A stretch of 64,000 bases of DNA from Rebecca billardiae RCC1528 (GCA_965240325.2 OZ251228.1:3013874-3077873); one strand, 5' to 3'; positions 19,171 to 31,196 are shown, numbered from the stretch's first letter. Notes: generated from the sequence alone by a model not told the origin. Numbers and translations: made by a program.

Positions 19171-22100
19171 CTATGGCAGCGGGCGGCTGAGCGGCGCCAA
19201 CGCGTCGGCCTGCGGCAGCGGCAGCAGCACCGGCGTGGTCGCCGTCCTGCTGCCGCCATTGGCATCGCCGCACGGCCGCACCGCGAGGTGCGCCGCGGCC
19301 GCGGGGGTGCCGTGCGCGCGTGGCGCCTTGCCGGCGCTGCCGCCGATGCTCCCGCCGCTGGCGCTGGCGGCGGGCGTGGCGGTGGCGCGCTCGGCGCTTG
19401 GCGGGTGCCGCCGTTCGCTGCCGCCCTGATGGACGGCCCTGCGCGCGCGCGCAGCCGGCCCGCTCGAGTCTGCCGCCCCCTCCGCGTCCGAGTGCGACGC
19501 GGACGCGGTGGAGCCGGCGGTGGACGTGATCGCGCTGAAGCTCAGCCGCGCGACGGGCGGCAGCGAGCGCGTGGACGAGGCGGACTCGGAGGGCGAGGGC
19601 TCGGCGCGCGCGCGAGATGCGCGCGCGTGCGCGGCCGAGACGGCGGCAGGGGCGGCGCCGCCCTGTGCGTCGTGCTGTGCGCCGAGTGGCGGGGGCGAGA
19701 AGACGGCGAGCTCGAACACGTCGGGGGAGCGCAGCAGCTCGGCGCGCTCGCCGTGCGCGTCGGCTGGCGCGCGGCCGGCGGCGGCTGAGGCGGGCGGGGT
19801 GGCGGGCAGCTGTGCGCGCAGCGCGGCCGGCTGCGGCCGCGCCGCGCTGCTGTCGGCGTCGGCGTCGCTGGGCACCGGCGGCGCACTGCCGCCGGTGGCG
19901 CCGTCACGCCCGGCCGGAGGTGCGCGGCGCGGGGAGGAGGGTAGCGGGGAGGAGGGTAGCGGGGAGGAGGGTAGCGGGGAGGAGGGTAGCGGGGAGGAGG
20001 GTAGCGGGGAGGAGGGGAGCGGGGAGCAGGGTAGCGGCACCACGACGGGCGCAGCCAAGCGCGGCGCGCCCGCGCGCTCGGCCTCGGCCGGCGGCGCGTG
20101 TGGCGAGGCCGCGCGCGGCGAGTGCGGGGTGGGCGCGTGTGCGGTGGGCGCGTGGGCGGTGGCGGTCGCGTCTGCGGCCGGCGGCGGCGCGCTGCCAGCG
20201 GGCGCAGCGGCCGGGGCAGCGGCCGGCGCGCGAGCGGGCTCGGCGGCGGCGGGCGCGAGTGCGGGCGCCTCCACGGCCGAGGGCGCGCCCGCGGCGGGCG
20301 CGCCCTCGGCGCGCGGCGCGCGCGCGCGCCGTCGCCACGCGCCCGCCCCCTTGCGCTGCTGCGCGCGCGCGGCCGCCTGCTGCGCCGCCTGCTGCGCCAG
20401 CGCCTTGGCCGCGTGCCGCGCGCGCGAGCGCTCGACGGCGAGGCCGAGCTCGCGCACGGTGGCGAGCGCGCCGAACGCCGCGGCGGCGCTCGCGCTGATC
20501 CCGCCCGCGCCGCCGCGCGGCTGCTCCCCCGGCTGCGCCCCAAAGTAGTCGCACACGCGCCGCAGCTCGCCCTCCAGCATGGCCGCCTCGCCCTCCAGCC
20601 ACGCCACGCCCGCGGCCGCGCGCGCCTCGAGCGCGGCGACGCGCATGCGCGTGCGGTCCGCCTTGGAGGGCAGCGGCGAGCGCGCGCGCGGCGCGGCGGC
20701 GAGCTCGGCCACCGGCGTGCGCGGGCTGGCGCAGCCCCACGCCGCCGAGCCCGCCTCGGCCGCGCCCTCGCCGGGCGGCGGCGGCGCGTGCACGCGCGCG
20801 GGGGCGCCCACCAGCCGCGCGCGCGCCCGCGCCACGTCCGCGGCCGCAAGCGCCGCGCCGCGCGAGGACCACGCACCGCGCGGCGAGGCGGCGGCGGGCG
20901 CGCCGCCCGGCGCGGGAGCGTCGGCCGACTCGCCCCACGCCTCAAAGTCGCAGCAGTCGTCGATGATGGCCCACACCTCGGGCGGGGCGCCGTGCGCGCC
21001 CGCGCACGGCGGCAGCCACGTCGCGACGCGCGCGCCCGAGGGCACCGCGAGGGCGCCGCCCGCCCACCCGCCCGCGCGCTGCCCCGCGCACCGCCCCGCG
21101 CACCGCCCGCCCTCGGCGGCGCGCGGCGCTGGGTGGGCGGGCGAGCCCGAGCCGCCAAGCCCGGGCGCGTCGCGCGGCGCGAGAGAGGCCTCGAGGATCT
21201 CCGCGCCGCTCGGCGGCGGCGCGGGCAGCGCGATGGGCGGCGGCCGGCAAGCGTCGGCGCGCGCGGCCGCGGGCGCGGCGGCGGGCTGCGCCGAGCCCGC
21301 GTCGCCCTCGGCGGCGACGCCGCCACCGGGCGGGTGCGGCGGCGGGGTGGGCGGCGAGCCCTCCGCTGCCGCCGCCGCGCCCGCCCGCAGCGCGTAGCGA
21401 ACGACGCACGCCGCGTCGGCGGCGACGCTGAGCAGCCAGCCGCCGCCGGGCGCGGGCAGCAGCGCCGCGCCGCCGGCGGCAAACGCGGGCGGCGGCGGCG
21501 GCGGCGCGCACTCGGCGAGCTCGGCGCGCACGGCGGCGAGCTCGGCGCGCAGCTGCTCGAGCTGCACGAGCACGGAGGCGAGCGCGTCCGCGCCCTCGTC
21601 CGCGCGCGGCAGCGGGGCGAGCTGCTTGGGCATCGCGCGCAGCACACCCTCGCCGCCCGGCGCCGCGTCCGCCACGTGGCTGAGCGCGAGGTCGAGCAGG
21701 GAGGCGCCCGACTCCACGCCCGAGCGCACGCGCTCGGCGGCGAGCGCGCCGCTGAGCTCGAAGCCGGCCGCGCCGCCGCGCGCCGAGCCCTCGTTCAGCA
21801 CGTTGCCCGCGTCGAGCAGCGCGCGCAGCACGTAGCGCAGCCCCTCGCACCGCAGCGCGTCGCAAGCGGCCTCGCGCAGCGCGCCCAGCGCGGCGCCGGT
21901 CGCGCACAGCACGCCCTCGAGGGAGCGGCGCAGCGCGAGGAGCTGCAGCTTGCGCGCGGCGCGCGGCACGGCGTGCAGCACGCACGCGAAGCGCTCGGCG
22001 TCGCGCAGCCGCGCGAGCCCGGCCGCGCGGTCCTCGGCGCTCGGCTCGGCGCCGCCGTCGGCCGCGCCGCCGGCCGCGGCCGCGGCCGCGCCGAGCCGCT

Positions 22101-22661
22101 CGGCGCGCGCGGCCGCGGCCGCGCGCGCCTCGAGCGCGCTGAGCGCCTTGGCCTCGTCGGCGCTGGCGGGCAGCACGGTGAGGAGCTGCAGCGCGTGGTC
22201 GGCCGTGAGCACATCGTCCACGTCGATGCTGTCCACCGCCTCCGCCAGCTGCTGCGCCGAGAGGTGGCGCAGCCGCGCGCGCACGATGTTTGCGTTGTTG
22301 GCGCGGCGCAGCTCGAGCGCGTGCAGAGGCGAGGAGGGGGCGCCCGCGCACGCGCCCCCGCCCGCGCGGCGGGTGGCGCCCGCGCCACCGCCCTCGCGCG
22401 GCGCGCCGTCCGCGCCCGCGCCCCTGCCCGCGCGCTGCGTGTTGGCAAAGTGCTGCCGCAGCGCGGCCGCGTGCGGCGCTGGCAGCGGCAGCGGCGGCAG
22501 CTGCGCCCACACGCACCGCGCGTCCGCCGCGCTCTCGGCGCGCAGCTTCTTCCAGTGCAGCGGCTTGAGCGCGGGGGGCGCGGCCGCGGCGGCGCGCGCC
22601 TTCAGCGCGCCTGCCGTCGCCACCGCCACCACCGCCGCGCCCGCGCCGCCGCCCTTGGCGC

Positions 22662-22694
<33 letters not shown>

Positions 22695-23397
22695 GAGGCG
22701 GCGGCGGCGGCGGACCGCCGCTCGCGGCGGCGGCGGCGGCGGCTTTGGGAGGCAGCGGCGGCGGCGGCGGCGGCGGCGGTGGGGGCGGTGGCGGTGGCGG
22801 CGGCGGCGGCGGCGCTGCGGTGCCCGCAGACGAGCCCGCCCCCGCCGCCCCCGCCGAGCGGTTGGCGCTCGGCGCGCTCGAGGGCGCGGCAACGGCCTCG
22901 GCCGCGGGCGCGCTCGCGCTCGCGCCGACGGCGCGCCAGTCGATGGGGCTGGTGGCCGTGCTCGTGACGCGCACCCCGCCGGCCGACGTCTCGACCACCA
23001 GCCCGCTCGGCCGCCGCGCCTTGCGCGCCTCGAGCTGCCGGATCCGCTCGTCGATCGGGACGAGCTCGTCGGGCGAGACGACGAACCGACCGCCGGCCGC
23101 GCGCGCGTCGACCGGGGTGTACAGGTGCTGCTGCATCGTGAGCAGGTTGACGTGCGCGGCGCGCAGCCGGCTGTTCACCATCGTGAGCAGCGTCGCGTCG
23201 TCGTCCGGCGTGGCGACGAGCGCGGGCGGCGCGGTCGCGCGCGGCAGCGGCGAGGATCGGAACGGCGGCGCGGGCGTGCGCATCAGCAGCTCGTCGCGCT
23301 GCACGGCCGCGTCGAGCGCGGCGTCGCGGGCGCGCGCCGCGGCGATCATCGCCGCCGCGTGGCGCGCCGTGCGCGCGCGCGACTCCGAGCTGCTCAT
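19171..23397 (-). CDS. Formin-like protein (polyproline FH1 plus FH2) with long low-complexity insertions
   Basis: Two poly-Pro tracts followed by LKPLHWKKL..CVW, LRRANNANI, GNVLNEGSARGGAAGFEL and CDYFG; likely start MSSSESRAR. Confidence 0.85.
19929..20036 (-). repeat. 15-bp coding tandem repeat (PSSPL) about x7 in the formin C-terminus
   Basis: ggggaggagggtagc repeated. Confidence 0.9.
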
Positions 23398-23943
23398 CCC
23401 GCCGCTCAAACGCGCGCGCGCCGGCGCGACGACGAGGGCCGCCGAAAGGCGCGCTTGGCTGCCGCTTTTGAATGGAGGCAATCGCGCCACCGAGTGGCGC
23501 TCGTGAGCAGGTGCAGCACCGGACAAGTATTGTACTTCTGTCCGGTCTCGCCACTGTGCCGCTTTCATCAGAGTTCAGCATGGCGCCGGCCATGGACTGG
23601 CGACGCATGTGCGCATCGCCATCGAAGCCTCCTCAGGACGCAAGCGCGTGGGCCGTCGGACGCTTGCCTGCCGGGCTGCCACGCGGAACTTACTTAACAC
23701 CACCGCCCGCGCCGCGCCACAGCTCGCGCAGCCCCGGAGCGCCACATCAATTGAACATTGCCGCCGCGTTCACTACCGTCAGCCTTCTGCGCTTGAAAGT
23801 TGAACTCAGATGAATCGGCGTCGGCCGGTCCGGGCGGCCGGCCGCACGGACTGGGGCCAACCGCCGGCAGCAGCCTGCGGCGGCCACGGGCGCGCCGACC
23901 TGCACTGGCCGGCGCCGCCACTGGCGGCCGCGGGCTGCCTCGC

Positions 23944-25473
23944 TCACCCCTCCTGCCCGAACTCCTTTGTGAACTGCGTGTAGCGCTCGAGGTCCTTGGC
24001 GGAGACGGTGGGGCGCGCGTTGCGCAGCACCTTCAAAAAGTCGTTCTGCGCGAAGCAGGCGCAGGGCGCGGCGGCCGGCGGCGGCGGCGGCGCGGCGTGC
24101 GGGCTGAGCCGCGGCGCGCGCCTCGGCAGCCGCGCGCGCGCGCGCGCGCGCGCGCGCACCATCGTGACTTCTGGCGGCAGCAGCTCGTCTGGCTTGACGT
24201 CCATCAGCCCCATCTCCACCGCGCCAGGCGCGCCGGGCGAGCACGGCGTCCACTGCGCGCCCTCGCGCCGGAAGTGCGTGGCGGACTGCAGCGCGCGCAC
24301 GGGCTCCATCAGCGCGTCGCGCACGGCGACCGAGATGTCCGAGCCGCTGTACCCCTCGGTGAGCGAGGCCAGCCGCACAAAGTCGGGCGGCGCGAGGCCG
24401 TGCGGCGTGTCGCCCACGTGGATCTCAAACACGCGCGCCCGCGCGTGCTGCTCGGGCAGCGGGATGTAGATGCGCTTCTCGAAGCGGCGGCGGATGCCCG
24501 GGTCGAGCGCCCACGGGATGTTGGTCGCGCCGAGCACGAGCACGCCGTCGTCCGCCGACGTGCCCGCGCCCTGCATGCGCACGAGGAACTCGTTCTTCAT
24601 CCGGCGCGACGCGTCGGACTCGCCGTCGCCCCTGCTGCCGCACAGCGCGTCGATCTCGTCGATGAAGATGATCGACGGCCGCGACTCCGCCGCCATCTCG
24701 AAGAGGTTGCGCACGAGGCGCTCGCTCTCGCCCAGCCACTTGGAGACGAGGTCGGAGGACGAGATCGAGAAGAACGTCGAGTCCACCTCGGTCGCCACCG
24801 CCTTGGCGAGGTACGACTTGCCCGTGCCGGGCGGGCCGTACAGCAGGATCCCCTTCCACGGCTTGCGCTTGCCCACAAAGAGCGACGGGAAGCGGATCGG
24901 CAGCACCACCGCCTCCTTCAGCGCGTCCTTCGCCGCCTCGAGCCCGGCCACGTCGTCCCAGCTCACGTTGGGCTTCTCCGACAGGATCGACGAGTCGAGC
25001 CCCGCGCGCAGCTTGCTCTTGTCCGCGTCGGCGCCCGCGTCGCCCTGCCCCTTGCGCGCGGTGCCGGTCGCGCCGCCGCCGCCGCCGCCCGCCGGCTCGG
25101 GCCCGCCGCCGCCCTTCTGCCGGCGCACGGCCTCCTTGAGCTGCTCGGCGCGGTCCATGTACTCGGCGATCTTCTTGCGAAGCGTCTCCTTCGTCCGCTC
25201 GTTCTTCTCGTCTGCGCGCGGCGGCGCGGCGCCGCGCGGCGCGGCGCGGTGCGCGGCGCGGCGGTCGGCGGCGCGGGCCCGCGCGCCGCCGCGCGCGCGC
25301 GACGCGGCGCGCCGCCCACATTTGAGGCCGGTCACAAAGTACTCGAGGCTGCGCTCGTACAGCTGGTACGCGAGCTCGTAGTTCTTGTCCTGGTCCTCCT
25401 TGATCGCCTGCGTCACCAGCTCGATGGCCTTGGGGATGAAGTTGTTGTCCTGCGGCGCGCCGGCGCCGGGCAT
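23944..25473 (-). CDS. VPS4: Vacuolar protein sorting 4 AAA ATPase (MIT plus AAA); introns 25319-25212 and 24159-24046
   Basis: MIT helix [63 protein letters not shown] and C-terminal FTKEFGQEG. Confidence 0.97.
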   Translation of the reverse strand: MPGAGAPQDNNFIPKAIELVTQAIKEDQDKNYELAYQLYERSLEYFVTGLKCGRRAASRARGGARARAADRRAAHRAAPRGAAPPRADEKNERTKETLRKKIAEYMDRAEQLKEAVRRQKGGGGPEPAGGGGGGATGTARKGQGDAGADADKSKLRAGLDSSILSEKPNVSWDDVAGLEAAKDALKEAVVLPIRFPSLFVGKRKPWKGILLYGPPGTGKSYLAKAVATEVDSTFFSISSSDLVSKWLGESERLVRNLFEMAAESRPSIIFIDEIDALCGSRGDGESDASRRMKNEFLVRMQGAGTSADDGVLVLGATNIPWALDPGIRRRFEKRIYIPLPEQHARARVFEIHVGDTPHGLAPPDFVRLASLTEGYSGSDISVAVRDALMEPVRALQSATHFRREGAQWTPCSPGAPGAVEMGLMDVKPDELLPPEVTMVRARARARARLPRRAPRLSPHAAPPPPPAAAPCACFAQNDFLKVLRNARPTVSAKDLERYTQFTKEFGQEG

Positions 25474-25825
25474 GCGCGCCGCCCGTCGCCGTCGGCGCGC
25501 GGACGCGCCGCCGCGGCGGCGCCGCTGGGCGCGACCGAGGCGCGCGCTCGCGCGATCCGCTCACCATGGCGCCTCGGGCGGCGTGCGCGCCGGCGTCCAG
25601 CTAGCAGCGCGCGGCGCCGCAGCGCATCCGCGCGAGGCCGTCAAGCCCTTCACGCCCGCTTGCTCCCACCGCAGCAGCAGCTCCGCTGCACACCTGCTCA
25701 GCGGAAGGCTGGAGGGGAAATGGCGGCTGCCGTTTGCCCGCTGCTCGCGAGCTTTCGCCCGAAGTCGTCAGTCCTCTCATCAAGCACAGGCCTCCTCGCT
25801 CGGCCGGCCTCATCAGCTCGGCGCC

Positions 25826-26482
25826 ATGGGCGCGGCGAAGCTCGCGGACCACAGCGCGAAGGCGGCAGCGCTCTTCTCCAACATGCGCGTGCCCGCCGCG
25901 TTCCTCGCGGGCGCGGTGATCCCGCTGGCCTTCGCCATCCCGCTCCCGAAGACCGATCGGCCCGAGCGCGACCGGCTGTACTACCTCACCAACCTCACGC
26001 TCGGCGTGCTCGCGTTCGCCTCCGAGCTGCTGGCGGTGGTGTACACGACGGTGGCGTGCAACAAGCTGACGGAGACGGTCTCCGCCCCGTCGAGCACCGT
26101 CTTCGCCCTGCTCGGCCGCGACCACGAGCTCGCGTGGCTGGGCACGAACGTGTGCTTCCTGCTCGGCGTCTTTGCCGCATGCGCCATGGTCGTGCTGCGC
26201 GCCGCCCTCATGGCGAACGGCTCCTTCGCGCCGCTGCCGACGAGCCTGGTGGCGGTGGCGATGCTGCTCATGACGAGCCACATCAACCAGGGCATCGCCG
26301 ACGGCGACGGCGCGGGCTCCGCGTTCGGCACGTCCTTCCCCTCGCTGCTGCTGCGGTACGGCCAGCTGCTCGCGCAGCAGGCGGCGAGCGGCACCGCGCC
26401 GCTCGTCGCATCCGCGCTCGCCGTGCTGGCGATCGGCGTGCTCTCGACGTGGCGCGGCTGCGTCCTCACGCAGAACCGCTGA
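25826..26482 (+). CDS. Hypothetical multi-pass membrane protein (218 aa, about 5 hydrophobic segments)
   Basis: Coding-like codon usage with GC at third positions and several hydrophobic helices; start MGAAKLADH; divergent from VPS4. Confidence 0.75.
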   Translation: MGAAKLADHSAKAAALFSNMRVPAAFLAGAVIPLAFAIPLPKTDRPERDRLYYLTNLTLGVLAFASELLAVVYTTVACNKLTETVSAPSSTVFALLGRDHELAWLGTNVCFLLGVFAACAMVVLRAALMANGSFAPLPTSLVAVAMLLMTSHINQGIADGDGAGSAFGTSFPSLLLRYGQLLAQQAASGTAPLVASALAVLAIGVLSTWRGCVLTQNR

Positions 26483-26667
26483 CGCGGTCGGCCGACGGCT
26501 GCTCGCCCGCCGTGCGGCACCGGGACCGCGCGCGCCGGCCGGTAAATAAATATAAGCATATCAGAATTAAGATGATGGTCCGCGCCGGGTCGTACACTCG
26601 GCGCGAAATGTCACTTGCGGAGACTATGATGCGCGCGATGAAGGCTGTGATGACGACGCGCGGCGCG

Positions 26668-27498
26668 CTAGAACGGGGTGAGGCACGCCTTGAAGTCCAC
26701 CCACCTGAACGGGCTGTCCGCCCCGGTCGCCTCGATGGCGCTGAGCAGCCCGCTCACGCTCTCGGGCGGGTCGACCAGCCCGGCGCCGCCCGTCATGTCG
26801 GTGCGCACGTGCCCGGGGTGCAGCAGCACCACGACTGCACGGCCCTGCAGGTCGTGCCATAGCGACTTGGCGCAGATGTTGAGCGCGATCTTGGACATGC
26901 GCTGCGCGTACGCGCCGCCCGACGTGTTGTCGTCGATGCTGCCCAGCTTGCTCGACATGAACGCGTACACGGGCAGCGTGCCGGGCGGCACGGCCGACGG
27001 CTTGGGCCGCCGCAGCAGCGGCGCCACCGCCTGCGCGACGAGCAGCGGGCCGACCGAGTTGATCTCAAAGGTGCTGAGGAGCGTCTGGCGCTGCACCTTG
27101 CCCAGCTCCTCGCGCGCCCCGTACACGCCCGCGTTGTGCACCACGTGCGTGAGCGGGTCGGGCGCGCCCGCGAGGCGCTGGATGGTCTCCACCGCGCTCG
27201 AGATCGACGCATCGTCGCACACGTCGAGGCGGACGGCGTGCAGCCGGTCGGCGGCGCCGCAGCACGAGGCGACAGTCGCGAGCGCCTCGGGCAGGGCCTC
27301 AGACTCTCGGTGCGTCGCGTACACCGTCGCGCCCTTCCTGAGGCACTGCCTGACATACTCGAGGCCGAGGCCGCGCGAGGCGCCCACGACCAGCACGGAC
27401 GACGAGCCGTCGATCGGCGCGCGCACGGGCTGCTCCTCGACGGCCGAGCGCGGGCGCGTTGCCGCCGCCAAGAGCGCGAGCGTAGCGAGCACGCGCAT
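26668..27498 (-). CDS. Short-chain dehydrogenase/reductase, CsgA (C-factor)/sniffer-like, with an N-terminal signal-like peptide
   Basis: VGASRGLG, HNAGV, SSKLGSIDDNTSGGAY, SKIALN, LLHPGHVRTDMTG and a typical C-terminus. Confidence 0.9.
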   Translation of the reverse strand: MRVLATLALLAAATRPRSAVEEQPVRAPIDGSSSVLVVGASRGLGLEYVRQCLRKGATVYATHRESEALPEALATVASCCGAADRLHAVRLDVCDDASISSAVETIQRLAGAPDPLTHVVHNAGVYGAREELGKVQRQTLLSTFEINSVGPLLVAQAVAPLLRRPKPSAVPPGTLPVYAFMSSKLGSIDDNTSGGAYAQRMSKIALNICAKSLWHDLQGRAVVVLLHPGHVRTDMTGGAGLVDPPESVSGLLSAIEATGADSPFRWVDFKACLTPF

Positions 27499-27634
27499 CT
27501 CGAGGGCGCGTCCGGCGGCCGTTCTCCGCTGGACGGCTGGAGATCAGATCTCATCAGTCTCGGCCGCCCCGGCCGCCCGGTGCCTCCTTGTCCATGGGCC
27601 TCGGCGCTCAACCACTCGCCTCATCGGCCGCGCA

Positions 27635-29338
27635 ATGGGCGCGATGGAGGCGGTGCTGTGGTACCTGGCGGCGGTGCCGCTCTTCCTCGTCACGCTCCCG
27701 CTCGTGCTCGCGCTGCTCGCGCTGCGCACGCTCGCCGTGCGCTGCGTCACCGCCAGCAGCGGGCGCGCGGGCGACGAGCCGATGCACTACAAGGACTCGG
27801 TGGGTGGTGCGCCCGCGCGTTTGCGCGCCGCGCCGCGCCGCGCCGTGCCGCGCTGCGCGCGTGATCGGCCCTCTCGCTCCGTCGGCCCGCCCGCTGGCGG
27901 GCGCGCGTGCACGCAGGTGTGGGACCCTCTTGGCGGGGGCGAGGTGCCGACCATCATCGTGGTCGCGCTCGAGCTCGACCGGCTCTCGCTGCCCGCGTTC
28001 AGGGAGCTCGTGCGCGCGTCCGTGGTCGAGCGGCGCACGGCGGACGGCAGCGCGCGCGCGCACCCGCGCTTCCGGCAGCGCGTCGTGCAGCGCGGCTGCG
28101 TGGGCGCGCTGCACTGGGCCGAGCTGGCCGAGGGCGAGCTCGAGCTCGACGCGCACGTCGTGCCCGCGCCCGACAGCGCGCGCACGGCGCGCGGCGCGCT
28201 CGAGCGCGTCGAGGGTCTGGCGAGCGGGCGCGTGCTCTTCCCGCACGACGCGCCGCTGTGGCGCTTCGAGCTCGTCGAGTCGTTCGAGGGCGGGCTGTGC
28301 GCGGACGCGTCGGAGGGCGTTGAGGGCGTTGAGGGCGCTGGCTGCCTGGTGCTGCTGCAGCTGCACCACGCGCTCACCGACGGCATCGGGCTGATGGGGC
28401 TGCTGATGGCGCTCGTCACGCCGCTGGTGCCGCCGCTGCCGGAGGAGGGCGCGCCCACCGCCATCGCGCCCACCGCCATCGCGCCGCGCCCGTCCGACTC
28501 GTCCGAGCCCGCGCACTCGGCCATCGCGGCGGCCGCGCCGCCGCGCGTGGGCGCGCCGCCGCGCTCGGCGTGCGCGGTGCTGGGGGCCGTGGTGTCCACG
28601 CCGCTGATCGGGCTGCTCAAGCTGCTCGCCACGCGCGACGCGTCGGCGCTGCACCCCGCGGGCGCGCGGATGAGCGGGCGCAAGCGCTCGGCGCGCTCCG
28701 CCTCGCTCTCGCTCGCCGCGGTGAAGGGCTGCGCGCGCGGCGCGGGCTGCACGGTGAACGACGTGCTGAGCGCGTGCGCCGCGCGCGCGCTCGCGGCGCG
28801 GCTGCGCGAGCTCGGCGCGGCCGTGCCCGAGCGCATCACGGCGCACCTGCCGATCAACTCGCGCGCGCCCGGCGCGGCCGTGCGCATGGAGAACGAGTTT
28901 GCCGTCCTCATCCTCCGCATGGCGCCCAACGAGCCGCGCGCGCGCGGCACGCTCGACGCGCTCGCTCGCTCGACGCGCGCGCTCAAGGCGGGGCCCGAGC
29001 CGCTCGCCATGGCGCTGATCGTGCGGCTGCTGCACGCGCTCGCGCCGCCGCCGCTCAGCCGGCCGCTGCTCGACTTTGCGGCGAACAAGGCGACGCTGCT
29101 GCTCTCCAACATGCCCGGGCCGCGCGCGCGCGTCGCGTGGGGCGGCGCGGCCGTGCGCGGGATCGGCTTCTGGGCGCCGACGCGCGCGAGCGTCGGCCTC
29201 ACGGTCGCGTCGCTCTCGTACGCGGGCGGCGTGCGCTTCTACGTGAACGCGGACGAGGCGGTCGAGCCCGAGCCCGCGCGTCTGTGCGCGCTCCTCGAGG
29301 CCGCGTGCGCCGAGCTGTGCGCGGGCGAGGGCGTGTGA
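27635..29338 (+). CDS. Wax ester synthase/diacylglycerol acyltransferase (WS/DGAT) with an N-terminal TM helix; intron 27800-27916
   Basis: HPRFRQRV, PLWRF, catalytic HHALTDG, GCTVNDV, SNMPGP and SYAG motifs. Confidence 0.92.
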   Translation: MGAMEAVLWYLAAVPLFLVTLPLVLALLALRTLAVRCVTASSGRAGDEPMHYKDSVGGAPARLRAAPRRAVPRCARDRPSRSVGPPAGGRACTQVWDPLGGGEVPTIIVVALELDRLSLPAFRELVRASVVERRTADGSARAHPRFRQRVVQRGCVGALHWAELAEGELELDAHVVPAPDSARTARGALERVEGLASGRVLFPHDAPLWRFELVESFEGGLCADASEGVEGVEGAGCLVLLQLHHALTDGIGLMGLLMALVTPLVPPLPEEGAPTAIAPTAIAPRPSDSSEPAHSAIAAAAPPRVGAPPRSACAVLGAVVSTPLIGLLKLLATRDASALHPAGARMSGRKRSARSASLSLAAVKGCARGAGCTVNDVLSACAARALAARLRELGAAVPERITAHLPINSRAPGAAVRMENEFAVLILRMAPNEPRARGTLDALARSTRALKAGPEPLAMALIVRLLHALAPPPLSRPLLDFAANKATLLLSNMPGPRARVAWGGAAVRGIGFWAPTRASVGLTVASLSYAGGVRFYVNADEAVEPEPARLCALLEAACAELCAGEGV

Positions 29339-29686
29339 CTGATATGCATGCGCTATGATACGTCGAGCGGTTGCGACTGCTGCCGAAGACTTGCTGCTGA
29401 TTTAGGAGGCTTTGAGCCCCCACAGTACGACTACGACGCATACAATACCGTAATACTTCTTCGGCATGGATCCGGAATAATGATCGCGCGATGATCGTCC
29501 GCCCAAATTTGGGCCAATTGGGACACTTCAAAGGCTGCGGGTGGGTACCTCGCTCGACTTTCGCCCAATAAGGCCCTTATTGTTTCGCCTACCAAATTCC
29601 AAAGGCGGCCGGGCGGCGGTCGTATTTACCCTTTTCAGTCGTGCTGTTGCGGCCGGCCGGCTCAAGCCCAAATCTCCGCCAACGCC

Positions 29687-30230
29687 ATGGCGCCCTCGAC
29701 GCCGCGCGCGTCGGGCGGCGTGCTGGACTCGGCGCGGCGCATGGAGCACACGGTGGCGGTGAACATGCGCATGTTCTCGCGCGCCGCCAAGCACACCAAC
29801 TTCGTCGAGGCGGTGCGCATGTTCGCCTCGGGCAAGAAGGCGACGCCGGACATGGCGGCGCTGATCATCCAGACCAACTGGCGGCTGTACCGCGCGCGCA
29901 CGCGGTACGCGCAGACCAAGGCGTCCGCGGCGACGGTGCAGCGGACGTACCGCGGGCACGTGGCACGCGCCGACTTTGGCCGGCAACGCGCGGCGCAGCG
30001 CCAGATCGCCTCGCGCTACCGCGGCGGCAAGGCGCGCGAGCTGCACGGCGAGGACCTGCGCCGCCACCGCGCCGCCATCCGGCTGCAGGCGGCGTGGCGC
30101 GGCAAGGTGGCGCGCAAGCGGTACAAGGCGCGCGGCGGGGGCAAGCGCACGCTCGCCAAGCGCCTCTCCTTCCGCCGCAAGCCCAAGCCCGCCGGCGGCG
30201 CCTCGACGCCGCCGCCCGCGTCGAACCGCA

Positions 30231-30263
<33 letters not shown>

Positions 30264-30840
30264 GCTCGCCGCTGAAGCGGCGCGCGGCCTCGTTCGACAG
30301 GCGGCCGGCGAACCGCGCGGAGCGGGCGTCCGGCGCGGGCGCGGGCGCGGGCAAGCGCCCCGTCGGCTCCGACCTCGCCTCGGCGCGTGGGCCGCGCAAG
30401 GAGCTGCTGTTTGTGACGCTCGCGCGCAACGGGCGCGGCGAGCTCGGGCTCGAGCTGGACGGCACCAACACCATCACCAAGCTGCCGCCAGCCGGCGCGG
30501 CGGCGCAGCAGGGCGTGCTCAAAGTGGGCGACACGATCGCGTCGGTGGACGGGCGCTCGCTCAAGGGCGTGCTGCTCATGGACGTCATCGAGCGCGGCAA
30601 GAGCAGCTACTCGTGCGCGCGCGCTGCGGCAGCGCGCGCGCCCGCGCCGCGCCGCCTCGCGCGCCGACACGCCGCCGCGCCGCGCGCGCGCGCCCGCCGC
30701 GCAGGTTCGACGTGTGGCGCTGGCCCACGCCCGCGGCGCCGCCCACGCCGCCGCCCGCCGCGGAGAGCCGCGTCGGCGCTATCCGGCGCGCGCTCTCCTT
30801 CGACCGCGCGAAGGGGCGTCAGAGCAAGGCCAAGCGCTGA
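29687..30840 (+). CDS. IQ calmodulin-binding motif (x4) plus PDZ domain protein; intron 30613-30704
   Basis: IQTNWRLYRAR, VQRTYRGHVAR, IASRYRGGKAR and LQAAWRGKVAR; PDZ segment GELGLEL...GAAAQQGVLKVGDTIASVDG. Confidence 0.82.
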
Positions 30841-31196
30841 CCGGCCCTCGTCGACGTCGTCACGTCGTCCCGCATGGATCCCGATCCGGAAGTACGCTGG
30901 TGCGCGGGTAATAGATGCCGCGGCCCCTTAGAACTAGTAGTCGATGCAGCGCCTGCAGCCAGACCCGGAGCGCGGCCGGGCGGCAGACCGCCGCACGCGT
31001 CCGAGGACGACGTACGTGCACACGACGTGCGTTGGGCGGCTCCGCCAGTCTGCCGAGAGGCGAGACGAGTCGTCTGAAAAGTGAAACGGTGCGTGGCCGC
31101 CCCGCTTTTGTTGCGCCCCTACTGGAAGCTCCACGAAGCTTCCCGCGCGCGGCCCTTTTTTGACGGGCGTCATCGTGCGCAGCTCGGTGGCGACCG

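Noticed and set aside
20098-26862. Very long Arg/Ala-rich ORFs such as 20098..23697 (+) and 23800..26862 (+), and similarly 31679..35059 (-)
   Set aside because: They are stop-poor alternative frames of GC-rich real genes and carry no protein motifs.
26678-27634. N-terminal 319 aa of ORF 26678..29338 as part of WS/DGAT
   Set aside because: This stretch is antisense to the SDR gene; the real start is most likely the ATG at 27635.
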